In this document: positions 16,605 through 25,535 of the stretch, piece by piece
Layout: every line of letters starts with the position of its first letter
How positions within the stretch are numbered: position 1 is the first letter of the stretch
From: Candidatus Hydrogenedentota bacterium
GTDB lineage: Bacteria; JBFMHD01
DNA: 48,348 nucleotides
Direction of reading: 5' to 3'
Assembly: GCA_040752395.1 (NCBI GenBank)
Contig: JBFMHD010000001.1
Coordinates: forward strand, 1-48,348
Notes under the pieces: model-generated
Told to the model about the DNA's origin: nothing
What the model saw: the letters and a program-made list of their open reading frames with translations, nothing else
Databases searched by the model: none
Position numbers and translations under genes: made by a program

Positions 16605-18946
16605 CCAATGCTCTCTTTTTTAACCAACGCGAGATTAAGAACTTCATCCATATGTTTTACATAATGAACAATTATTCTTTTTTGAATCTTTTTTGGTATT
16701 TCTGAGACATCTTTTTCATTTTTATAAGGAACAACTATTTCTTTTATGTTGGCACGAAGACTTGCTAAAACTTTTTCACGTAAACCGCCAACAGGCAATA
16801 CCTCACCAATTAAATTTATCTCACCAGTCATAGCGATGTCACCACGCACAGGTATGTTTGATAATGCGGATATCATACTTGTGGCAATAGTTATGCCTGC
16901 TGAGGGGCCGTCTTTTGGTATCGCACCTTCAGGAACATGTATGTGCATATCACTTTTATTATAGAAATCACGTGGTATCGAATATTTTTTTGCTTCTTTT
17001 CTTGCATAAGATTTAGCTGCATAACAAGACTCTTTCATAACTTCGCCTAACTGACCTGTAAGCGTTAATTCTCCTTTACCCTCAAAAACAGAGGTCTGAA
17101 CCTCAAGCACCTCGCCACCAAACTCTGTCCAGGCAAGACCACGGGCTATTCCTATACGCGAGTCTTTTATAAAATCAGCATCAGAATATCGTGGTTTTTT
17201 AAGATATTTGTATATCGAGGGTTTGGTTATCTTTATTAATTTTGATTTACCCCCTTTTAAAAGAACCATATCTTTTGCTAATTTGCGAACTACTGATGAG
17301 AGTTCACGTTCAAGATTTCTTACCCCGGCTTCACGAGTGTATCCTTTGATTATTGTATAAATAGCTTCATCAATAAATTTGACTTTTCTCTTTGATAATC
17401 CGTTATCTTTTAATATTTTGGGTATAAGAAACCTTCTTGCTATCTCGAATTTCTCATATTCAGTATAACTCGGCAGATGTATAATTTCCATTCTATCCTG
17501 CAGGGGACGTGGTATCGGGTCAACAAAATTGGCTGTTGTAATAAATAATACTTTTGATAGGTCAAAATCTATTTCAAGATAATGGTCGCTGAAATGGATA
17601 TTTTGTTCAGGGTCAAGTACTTCGAGTAGTGCAGCCGAAGGGTCTCCTCTGAAATCCATTGACATTTTATCAACTTCATCGAGTAAAAAAACAGGGTTCA
17701 TACTTTCTGCTTTTTTCATAAGTTGTATAATTCTACCTGGTAGAGCACCGACATAAGTTCGTCTATGTCCGCGTATCTCAGCCTCATCTCTTACACCGCC
17801 AAGCGAGACCCTTACGAATTTTCGATCAAGTGCTCGGGCTATTGATTTAGCAAGCGAAGTTTTACCAACGCCAGGTGGTCCGACAAAACATAGAATAGGT
17901 GTTTTTGTTCCATCGGAAAGTTTTTTGATAGCAAGATATTCAAGGATTCGTTCTTTAGGGTCTTTTAAACCATAGTGGTCTTCCTCAAGAATTTTCTGTG
18001 CTCTTTTTATATCAAGTTTATCCTGAGTATAAACGTTCCATGGGAGGTCAAGTAACCAGTCAATATAGGTTCTTATTACGCCTGCCTCGGCACTTACAAA
18101 ATGCATTTTAGCAAGTCTATTAACCTCTTTGAGTGCTTTATTTTTTGCTTCCTCTGGCATTTTAGAACCATTAATTTTTTTTCTCAGCTCTTCAATTTCG
18201 TCTTCTTCATCACTACTTGCGCCGAGCTCTTTTTTTATTACCTTCATCTGCTCGTGAAGAAAATAATCACGTTGAGCTTTTTCAAACCTGTCTCTTACCT
18301 CGATGCGAATCTTCTGGTCGAGTTTTAATATCTCAAGTTCTGCCTGTAATTTCTCTATTAGTTTTTGCAGTCTCTCTTTTAGAGTTATGGTTTCAAGTAT
18401 TTCCTGCCTATCTTTAACCTTTAATAATGTATGAGCTGCGATACTATCACAAACCTGGGATGAGGACTCAAGATTGGATATCATAGCGAACGTTTCTTTC
18501 GGTATCTTTTTATTAAGAGATATGTATTCTTCAAACATCTCAATACATGTTCTTGTAAGAACAACTATATCTTTTGATTCATTAAGCTCTTCTTTTATTT
18601 CTTTAACGATTACCTGATAATAATTTTCATTTGATAAAAATCCGAGTAATAAACCGCGTCTTTCACCCTCAAGAAGAACTTTATAAGTACCATCAGGTAA
18701 TCTTAAGAACTGCAACACTTCACTCAGACAACCAACTTTATAAACCTGATTTTCATCAGGTTTATCTATGGTAGAATCAAGTTGTAAAGATATGAATATT
18801 TTTCTATCTACCTCCATAGCTTTTTCTATCGATCTGATAGAATTAGTTCTACCTACAAACACAGGAACAATCATTCCCGGGAAGATAACAATATCTCTTA
18901 GCGGCATCATTGGCAGTATATGTTCTTTATTATCAATTTGTTGCAT
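16601..18946 (-). CDS. lon: ATP-dependent Lon protease
   Basis: It has a LON N-domain, Walker A GPPGVGKTS and Walker B FLLDEVDK. The protease Ser site PKDGPSAG is present, and the length is 781 aa. Confidence 0.95.
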   Translation of the reverse strand: MQQIDNKEHILPMMPLRDIVIFPGMIVPVFVGRTNSIRSIEKAMEVDRKIFISLQLDSTIDKPDENQVYKVGCLSEVLQFLRLPDGTYKVLLEGERRGLLLGFLSNENYYQVIVKEIKEELNESKDIVVLTRTCIEMFEEYISLNKKIPKETFAMISNLESSSQVCDSIAAHTLLKVKDRQEILETITLKERLQKLIEKLQAELEILKLDQKIRIEVRDRFEKAQRDYFLHEQMKVIKKELGASSDEEDEIEELRKKINGSKMPEEAKNKALKEVNRLAKMHFVSAEAGVIRTYIDWLLDLPWNVYTQDKLDIKRAQKILEEDHYGLKDPKERILEYLAIKKLSDGTKTPILCFVGPPGVGKTSLAKSIARALDRKFVRVSLGGVRDEAEIRGHRRTYVGALPGRIIQLMKKAESMNPVFLLDEVDKMSMDFRGDPSAALLEVLDPEQNIHFSDHYLEIDFDLSKVLFITTANFVDPIPRPLQDRMEIIHLPSYTEYEKFEIARRFLIPKILKDNGLSKRKVKFIDEAIYTIIKGYTREAGVRNLERELSSVVRKLAKDMVLLKGGKSKLIKITKPSIYKYLKKPRYSDADFIKDSRIGIARGLAWTEFGGEVLEVQTSVFEGKGELTLTGQLGEVMKESCYAAKSYARKEAKKYSIPRDFYNKSDMHIHVPEGAIPKDGPSAGITIATSMISALSNIPVRGDIAMTGEINLIGEVLPVGGLREKVLASLRANIKEIVVPYKNEKDVSEIPKKIQKRIIVHYVKHMDEVLNLALVKKESIG

Positions 18947-19050
18947 AGCGGTGCTCGCCTCTTGCTTCGGGCAGACACTGGGGTCTGCACCTACATTGTT
19001 TTTTGATACTTCTCACTTTTTCCCCATCTTTAACCAGTGACATAACACAG

Positions 19051-20565
19051 CTATATCGGTATTTTACCCTCGAAACTCCTTATAATTTCCATTACCTCAT
19101 TAGAGTTTTTTGCAGTGAGAAAACGGCTTTTCAGAGTAGGGTTGGAAAGCAGGCGCGAGAGCTGGGAGAGTATCTGGAGATGAATTGTTGTCTTTTCTAA
19201 AGGCGTTAAGAATAAAAAAATTAAACGAACAGGAAGATTATCTGGTGCTAAAAAATCTATACCCTCTGATACCCGTGCAAATGTTAATAACGCATTTTTT
19301 AAAGATGGTATTCTGGCATGAGGGAGTGCTAAAGATGAACCGACACCTGAAGTGAATTTTTTTTCGCGCTCAATTAATAGTGTGTTAGCCTCATCTAAAC
19401 TAAATAAAGGTCTACATAAGTGTAAATTAGCAAGAATAGTTTTTATCGCAGTGAATCTATCCTCTGCTGTAACGTCAAATAACAATGAGTCCGTGATGAT
19501 AATATCGCTTAATGGTATCATTGGTCGCTCTTCATACCCGTCTCTTATCTCGCCAACTATCTCTTCAATAACGTCTTCAACAGTTATAATACCGACTATC
19601 TTGTTATCATCTGAGATAACAATAGCCATATTCTGGGTATTGTCCTGGAGACAGCGGAGACAATATTCAAGTCTATCCTCTGGATGAAACTGTAATATAT
19701 CTTTTTTTATTTTTTTAAGGTCAGGGTTCTGGTTCTCAGGTTGTGGTAGCAGAACCAAATCTTTAAGGTGGATATAACCAATAACACTATCGAGCTCATT
19801 TTCACATAACGGGTATTTTGAATATTTTCTATTTTTTATTATCTCTAAATTATCTTTCCAGGGTTTTGAGAGCGAGAGATAAGCTATCTTTTCTCTTGGG
19901 GTCATTGCATCTTTTACTTTAGTGTTACCAAAATCAAAGAGATTTTCAAACATTACTAATTGATCAAGTGATAGTTTCCCTGCTTCTTCACTGCGGTTAA
20001 GTAAAATCTTTATCTCTTCATTTGAGAGGATGTGGAGAGATTGCTCGGGTTTAATTTTGAATATTTTTAAAAAGAATTGCGCTAATTTATTTAAGATTAG
20101 CATCGGAACATAAGAAACGTAATAGATAAACGTCATAGGTAGAACAGTAGGGAATATCATTTTTTCAGGCATTTTTATAGCAATGAGTTTAGGTAACTGT
20201 TCACCGAAAAGGATGTGCAAGCTTGTAATAAAAACAAACGCGATAGCAAATGAGATTGTATACGAGAGTGCTTTTGAGACCAAAAGTGGTATATCGGGTA
20301 ATATTTGATAGATCAGCTGAGCTACTACAGGTTCGCCAATCCAGCCAACCCCAAGACTCGTCATAGTTATACCGAGCTGAACTGCTGCAAGATAATCGTC
20401 TATGTGTTTAAGAGCAAATTTAACGAGTTTTGCTCGTCTGTTGCCTTTACGAATCAGCTCCTCGACGCGACTCGAACGTATGGTAATAAGAGCAAATTCA
20501 ACAAGAACAAAAAATGCATTCAGTAATATCAAGATAATAGTAATAAGAATTTTAAGTAATACCAT
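19051..20565 (-). CDS. DUF21 (CNNM/CorB-type) membrane protein with a CBS pair and a C-terminal PTS EIIA type-2 domain
   Basis: The N-terminal 4-TM DUF21 region includes LLNAFFVLVEFAL. The CBS pair includes DAMTPREKI and IVGIITVEDVIEEIVGEI. The C-terminus VGSSLALPHAR matches the EIIA-2 phosphorylation-site signature. The start is taken at MVLLKIL (20565). Confidence 0.75.
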   Translation of the reverse strand: MVLLKILITIILILLNAFFVLVEFALITIRSSRVEELIRKGNRRAKLVKFALKHIDDYLAAVQLGITMTSLGVGWIGEPVVAQLIYQILPDIPLLVSKALSYTISFAIAFVFITSLHILFGEQLPKLIAIKMPEKMIFPTVLPMTFIYYVSYVPMLILNKLAQFFLKIFKIKPEQSLHILSNEEIKILLNRSEEAGKLSLDQLVMFENLFDFGNTKVKDAMTPREKIAYLSLSKPWKDNLEIIKNRKYSKYPLCENELDSVIGYIHLKDLVLLPQPENQNPDLKKIKKDILQFHPEDRLEYCLRCLQDNTQNMAIVISDDNKIVGIITVEDVIEEIVGEIRDGYEERPMIPLSDIIITDSLLFDVTAEDRFTAIKTILANLHLCRPLFSLDEANTLLIEREKKFTSGVGSSLALPHARIPSLKNALLTFARVSEGIDFLAPDNLPVRLIFLFLTPLEKTTIHLQILSQLSRLLSNPTLKSRFLTAKNSNEVMEIIRSFEGKIPI

Positions 20566-20847
20566 ATAAATAATTAGTATTCTGCAATTCAGACAGTAGT
20601 CCAAAGTCCAGTGTCTAAATCACAGATACTTAAGAATATAATATTAAGTGAGAGAATAGAGGTCAAGCCCAAATGAGGCTAAAATTTACAATGAACATCG
20701 CTTTAAAAACTACTTTTTCAGAACTTTTCCAATCACAGAAATTTAATACTTGACTATAAATAAAATTTACAATTTAAATCAATATTCAGTAAGGTCGCGA
20801 TTACACAAGGACATACGTGTTAAAACCATAATTTTAATGGAAAGACA

Positions 20848-21657
20848 ATGGATGATAAGAGATTACAAGAGATAGCTCATAAGGTAAGAAAGTATGTTAT
20901 TGAGATGACATTTAATGCTGGTAGTGGTCATCCTGGTGGGTCATTATCAGCTACAGATGTATTGACGTTTTTATATTTTGAAGAAATGAACGTTGATCCA
21001 GCTAGTCCGGATTATCCGGAACGTGATAGATTTGTGTTATGTAAGGGTCATTCAGCGCCGGCGCTTTATGCTGTGCTTGCTTTAAAGGGGTTTTTTCCTG
21101 AAGAAGAATTAAAGACTTTAAGAAAACTTGGATCCCGCTTACAGGGGCATCCAGAGAGAACCCTGCCTGGTATAGAAGTTGGTACAGGCTCTCTTGGTCA
21201 GGGATTATCGATTGCGCTTGGGATAGCTTTGGCTGCACGGCTTGATAAACGGCAGAGCAGGGTGTATGCTTTAATGGGAGATGGTGAACAGCAGGAGGGC
21301 CAGGTCTGGGAAGCAGCGATGGCTTGCGCACATTATAAAGTCTCGAATCTTTGTGCTATCGTTGATAAAAACAGGTTACAGATAGATGGTTCTACTGATG
21401 AAGTGATGGACATAGAACCACTTGATGAAAAATATAAAGCATTTGGCTGGAACGTTTTAAAAATAGATGGTCATTCTTTTACCGAAATAAGGAAAGCATT
21501 TAATAGGGCAAGAGAATGTAAAGAGTGCCCCACGTTAATAATTGCTAATACAATCAAGGGGAAAGGGGTTTCATTTATGGAGAATTCGCTTGAATTTCAT
21601 GGAAGGGCACTAACAGAGGATGAACTAAAAAGAGCGCTTAATGAGTTGTTGAAATGA
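20848..21657 (+). CDS. tkt: Transketolase, N-terminal (TPP-binding) subunit
   Basis: SGHPGGSLS, CKGHSAPALY and GDGEQQEGQVWEA are present. The length is 269 aa, typical of the split form. Confidence 0.9.
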   Translation: MDDKRLQEIAHKVRKYVIEMTFNAGSGHPGGSLSATDVLTFLYFEEMNVDPASPDYPERDRFVLCKGHSAPALYAVLALKGFFPEEELKTLRKLGSRLQGHPERTLPGIEVGTGSLGQGLSIALGIALAARLDKRQSRVYALMGDGEQQEGQVWEAAMACAHYKVSNLCAIVDKNRLQIDGSTDEVMDIEPLDEKYKAFGWNVLKIDGHSFTEIRKAFNRARECKECPTLIIANTIKGKGVSFMENSLEFHGRALTEDELKRALNELLK

Positions 21658-21829
21658 GTCTCCAGGAGCGCGGGTTGCGCTCTACACTATTGTGTTATTG
21701 GGTTATTGGGTTATTGGGTTATTGCGTTCTTGCGCTCTACATAACGTATGAAAAACTAGATGTTTGTTTATCTTGCCTCTTGCTTCTACTTGATATTATT
21801 AGAGTTAGAATGTTTTTCAGAGGAGAACA
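21658..21829 (+). repeat. Mosaic intergenic repeat, copy E, inserted between the two transketolase genes
   Basis: It starts with GAGCGCgggttGCGCTCTACAC. It then has five tandem 8-bp units over 21692-21731: three perfect GGGTTATT (21700-21723) flanked by degenerate GTGTTATT and GCGTTCTT. After that come a duplicated TTGCGCTCTACATAACGTATGAAAAAC and CTTGCCTCTTGCTTCTACT. The P module (21791-25) has 2 of 35 differences from copy A and lies 4 nt before the ATG at 21830. Confidence 0.9.
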
Positions 21830-22780
21830 ATGGTAGAGAAGATAGCTACGCGTGAAACTTATGGTAAAGTATTAGCTGAGCTTGGAGAGACTCATCCTGA
21901 GATAGTTGTGCTTGATGCTGATCTCTCAGGTTCTACTAAAACATCTGTGTTTGCAAAAAAGTTTCCTGATAGATTTTTTCAGATGGGTATAGCTGAAGCT
22001 AATATGATGTGTGTAGCAGCTGGTTTAGCGTTATCAGGGAAGATAGCATTTGTCTCTTCTTTTGCTTTATTTGCAACAGGGAGGGTCTGGGAACAGATAC
22101 GAAATACAATAGCCTATTCCAATACTAATGTTCGGATAGCAGCGAGTCATGCTGGTGTCTCTGTAGGCGCAGATGGTGCGAGTCATCAGTCTATTGAAGA
22201 TATAGCTATTATGAGAGCTATACCGCATATGACAGTGGTTGTGCCTGCGGATGCTGTTGAAACAGAGAAAGTTATAAGAGCATCACTTGAGTGGTATGGA
22301 CCTATGTATATTCGTCTCGGTAGAGCAAAGATGCCTGTTATAATTGATAAGGATGCTCCTTTTGAACTCGGCAAAGCTTATTTTTTAAGAAGAGGCAAGG
22401 ATGCTACAATTATCGCCTGTGGTCAGATGGTTTATGAAAGTATACAGGCTGCTATTAAATTAGAGGAAGAAGGCATCAATGTTTCTGTTGTAAATATGTC
22501 AACAGTTAAACCGCTTGATGTTGAGAGTTTAAAGATAGCTTATAAAGAGACAGGTGCTATAGTAACAGCTGAAGAGCATTCTGTGATTGGTGGTTTAGGC
22601 AGTGCTGTAGCAGAAGAAGTAGTGAGGCGATTTTCCTGCCCCGTTGAGATGATAGGCATAAAAGATGTATTCGGCCAATCAGGTGAGCCTGAAGAACTAT
22701 TTGAGGTTTTTTCATTAAAGCCAAGACATATAGCAGATGCAGTTAAAAAGGTTATACAACGAAAACGAAAGAAAGTATGA
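21830..22780 (+). CDS. tkt: Transketolase, C-terminal (pyrimidine-binding) subunit
   Basis: FFQMGIAEANMM, HAGVSVGADGASHQSIEDIA and the C-terminal domain are present. The length is 316 aa. Confidence 0.9.
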   Translation: MVEKIATRETYGKVLAELGETHPEIVVLDADLSGSTKTSVFAKKFPDRFFQMGIAEANMMCVAAGLALSGKIAFVSSFALFATGRVWEQIRNTIAYSNTNVRIAASHAGVSVGADGASHQSIEDIAIMRAIPHMTVVVPADAVETEKVIRASLEWYGPMYIRLGRAKMPVIIDKDAPFELGKAYFLRRGKDATIIACGQMVYESIQAAIKLEEEGINVSVVNMSTVKPLDVESLKIAYKETGAIVTAEEHSVIGGLGSAVAEEVVRRFSCPVEMIGIKDVFGQSGEPEELFEVFSLKPRHIADAVKKVIQRKRKKV

Positions 22781-23457
22781 ATGTACAGTTTTGTGATGTA
22801 AGTAAAGTTTATACAAGGGACATAACAGCGTTACATAATTTAAAAGTAAATATTAATCAAGGTGAGTTTGTTTTTGTTATCGGTCCTTCTGGAGCAGGTA
22901 AAACCACATTTTTAAGATTAATGTATCGTGATATAATACCAAGTAAAGGTCAGATTCTTGTTGATAATAAAAATATCTCACGGATGAGAGAGAGCGAGGT
23001 GCCTTATCTGAGACGCAGGATGGGAATAATATTTCAGGATTTTAAACTACTATATACCAAAACTGTTTTTGAGAACGTTGCGTTTGCTTTGAAAATACTT
23101 GGCAAAGAAGCTAATGAGGTTAAACAGCGGACGTATAGCGCACTTGAGTTTGTAAAATTGCAGGATAAACGTAATTTAAATCCATATAAATTATCAGGCG
23201 GCGAACAGCAACGAACAGCAATCGCAAGGGCTATTGTTAATCAGCCTGAACTAATACTTGCAGATGAACCAACAGGTAATCTTGATGACTCAATAGCAAG
23301 AGAGATATTTGAGTTATTTTTATATTTAAATAGCAAAAATACAACGGTTATTATTGCTACTCATAATATTGCTATTGCAAAAGCGATGAATACACGTGTG
23401 ATTTATCTAAAACAGGGTGAACTCATTGCTGATGGTTTTGCAGAGGACGTATTATGA
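22777..23457 (+). CDS. ftsE: Cell division ABC transporter ATP-binding protein FtsE
   Basis: Walker A GPSGAGKTT, signature LSGGEQQR and Walker B LILADEPT are present. It overlaps ftsX by 4 bp. Confidence 0.9.
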   Translation: MNVQFCDVSKVYTRDITALHNLKVNINQGEFVFVIGPSGAGKTTFLRLMYRDIIPSKGQILVDNKNISRMRESEVPYLRRRMGIIFQDFKLLYTKTVFENVAFALKILGKEANEVKQRTYSALEFVKLQDKRNLNPYKLSGGEQQRTAIARAIVNQPELILADEPTGNLDDSIAREIFELFLYLNSKNTTVIIATHNIAIAKAMNTRVIYLKQGELIADGFAEDVL

Positions 23458-24341
23458 TTTTATTAAGAAAGTGGTATTACATTCTGCAGGAAGCTATTAC
23501 AACTTTTAAAAGAACGCCTGGACTTGCTATAATAACAATTACTACACTTTTTTTTACTTTATTTATACTTGTTATTTTTATTATTGCAGGGATAAGCTTG
23601 AATAGCATTATTGAATCATATAAGGAGCATGCAAAGATTGTTATTTATTTAAAATCGCCGATTAATCTCTCGGCATTTAATGATATAAAAGATGAATTTA
23701 TTAGAAATAATAATGTAAAGAGTGTTGAATATATCTCGAATGAAAAAGCATTAGAGAATCTAAAGAATGAATGGGGCAGAGATAATCCGATATTTCAGGC
23801 CTTACCCGAGAACCCGCTTCCAGCGAGCATAGAAATCCAATTAAAACGGGGTGCTGAAGAGATCGATTCTATAATTGAGCTTTCAAAGAAAGTACCCGGG
23901 GTCGATGAGATACAGTATGGTCAAAAGACTTTTTCTAAACTTTTAAAAATATCAAAAGTGATCAGAACAAGTTTTTTATTTTTTGGAAGTATTTTATGTT
24001 TTATTGTTATGCTTATAGTTGCAAATACTATCAAACTTACAATTGTTGCGCGGGCTGATGAGATAGAGATTATGAGGCTGGTGGGTGCGGAAAACTGGTT
24101 TGTTAGGTCTTCTTTTATACTTGAAGGCATAATATATGGCGTTATTGGTGGTCTGCTGACTGTTATCTGTGTGAAAATGTTTTTAATTTATCTTGACAGA
24201 GAGTTTGAACTTATGAGGTTTTTATCATTTATAGAAACTGATAATATTCGCTGGATGTTTTATACTGTATCACTGGGGATAATCATCGGTTTTATAGGGG
24301 CTGTTGTTTCGATTGTAAGGCTGGAAGCAAATGAAGAGTAA
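23454..24341 (+). CDS. ftsX: Cell division permease-like protein FtsX
   Basis: It has an N-terminal TM helix, a periplasmic loop and a C-terminal three-TM FtsX domain (IEIMRLVGAENWFVRSSFILEG). It is in operon with ftsE. Confidence 0.85.
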   Translation: MILLRKWYYILQEAITTFKRTPGLAIITITTLFFTLFILVIFIIAGISLNSIIESYKEHAKIVIYLKSPINLSAFNDIKDEFIRNNNVKSVEYISNEKALENLKNEWGRDNPIFQALPENPLPASIEIQLKRGAEEIDSIIELSKKVPGVDEIQYGQKTFSKLLKISKVIRTSFLFFGSILCFIVMLIVANTIKLTIVARADEIEIMRLVGAENWFVRSSFILEGIIYGVIGGLLTVICVKMFLIYLDREFELMRFLSFIETDNIRWMFYTVSLGIIIGFIGAVVSIVRLEANEE

Positions 24342-25488
24342 ATTATTACTGATTTTACTTTTATTTTCAGTGCCTTTATTTTCAGAGGACATCTATCAAA
24401 GGATACAGGAAACAGAAAAAAATATAAATATCTCGTATTCTAAAAAAGGTGACCTTGAAAAAGAAAGTAAAGAGATACAGGAAAAAATAAAAGAAGTTAT
24501 TAAAAAAGAGAAAGGCTATACCGCATTGAGAGACAGGACCGAGAGGGAATTGTATAAAATAGAGAAAGAAAAAAATATTATTGAGAAGAATGTTGAGAGA
24601 ATAAAAAAAGATATAATTAAAACAGAATACGAGATAGGCGAATTAAATGTTTCACAGAAACAGCAGGAACAGGCTTTAACAAGAAGGGTAGTAGCGCTTT
24701 ATAAACTCGGGAAATATGGCTATGTTGATATACTTTTATCTTCTGAAGACATACTTGATTTCGAATCGCGGATAAAATATCTGATGCTTATCTCTGAAGC
24801 TGATGCAAAACTTATTCAGAATATAATAATAGCAAGAGATAAAAAAGAAGAAACAAAAATATTACAAAAACAGAATTTTGATAAACTTAAAATAGAATTC
24901 AGTAAAAAAATTGACTGCGAAAATAAAATGAAATCTAAAACCAATGAATTAAAGACTATTGTCAATAATTTGAAAGATAATAAAAAGCTTTTAGAGATAA
25001 GAAACCGGGAGATCCAGGAATCCTTAGATAATCTTAACAAAACTATCGAGAATTTATTGAAAAAAAGAAAACTGCTGGAAGAAGAAGAATTGGCTCTGAA
25101 AAGAGAATTCGATGCAAAGAGAGGGAACCTTATATGGCCATGCGATAGAAATAAAATTATAGGGTATCAGTTCAACCCTTATGAAAACAGTAAGGGAATA
25201 AAGATTACCATACCAGAGGGTTGTAATGTTTATGCTGTATCGCCCGGAAAAGTTGTTTATGCTGATTGGATGAAAGGGTTTGGTAGACTAATTTTAATTG
25301 ACCACGGCGGCGGTTATTATACTCTTTATGGGCACTTAAGTAGTATAGATATTGAGGTAGATAAAGAAGTAAAAACAAAGGATGTTATTGGTAAAACAGG
25401 CCAGACCGGTTCTGATGAAGGTCCGGTACTTTATTTTGAGATAAAGTATACGAATAAAAGTGTTGAAGTAAAAAAATGGTTGAAATAA
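24331..25488 (+). CDS. envC: EnvC-like murein hydrolase activator (coiled-coil + degenerate LytM/M23 domain)
   Basis: It has a signal peptide, a long coiled-coil and a C-terminal M23 fold. The catalytic His residues are replaced (GPVLYFEIK instead of PHLHFE), as in non-catalytic EnvC. It follows ftsEX. Confidence 0.75.
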   Translation: MKSKLLLILLLFSVPLFSEDIYQRIQETEKNINISYSKKGDLEKESKEIQEKIKEVIKKEKGYTALRDRTERELYKIEKEKNIIEKNVERIKKDIIKTEYEIGELNVSQKQQEQALTRRVVALYKLGKYGYVDILLSSEDILDFESRIKYLMLISEADAKLIQNIIIARDKKEETKILQKQNFDKLKIEFSKKIDCENKMKSKTNELKTIVNNLKDNKKLLEIRNREIQESLDNLNKTIENLLKKRKLLEEEELALKREFDAKRGNLIWPCDRNKIIGYQFNPYENSKGIKITIPEGCNVYAVSPGKVVYADWMKGFGRLILIDHGGGYYTLYGHLSSIDIEVDKEVKTKDVIGKTGQTGSDEGPVLYFEIKYTNKSVEVKKWLK

Positions 25489-25535
25489 CTACGAAGAAAG
25501 TATAAAAGGTAGAAGACAGAAGACAGGAGTGAAAA

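Noticed and set aside
18971-18988. The hairpin GCAGAC-actggg-GTCTGC in the lon upstream region could be a CIRCE-like heat-shock operator or a terminator.
   Set aside because: The sequence does not match the CIRCE consensus (TTAGCACTC-N9-GAGTGCTAA). No U-tract follows on the minus strand, which is the strand transcribed here. A 6-bp stem is weak evidence.
21771-21795. A sigma54 (-24/-12) or standard sigma70 promoter could lie inside the CTTGCCTCTTGCTTCT / TTGATA part of the P region.
   Set aside because: There is no GG-N10-GC spacing that fits a -24/-12 promoter. TTGATA has no acceptable -10 hexamer at 15-19 nt (the sequence there is TTTTTC). The module is better explained as a transcribed leader, and this remains untested.
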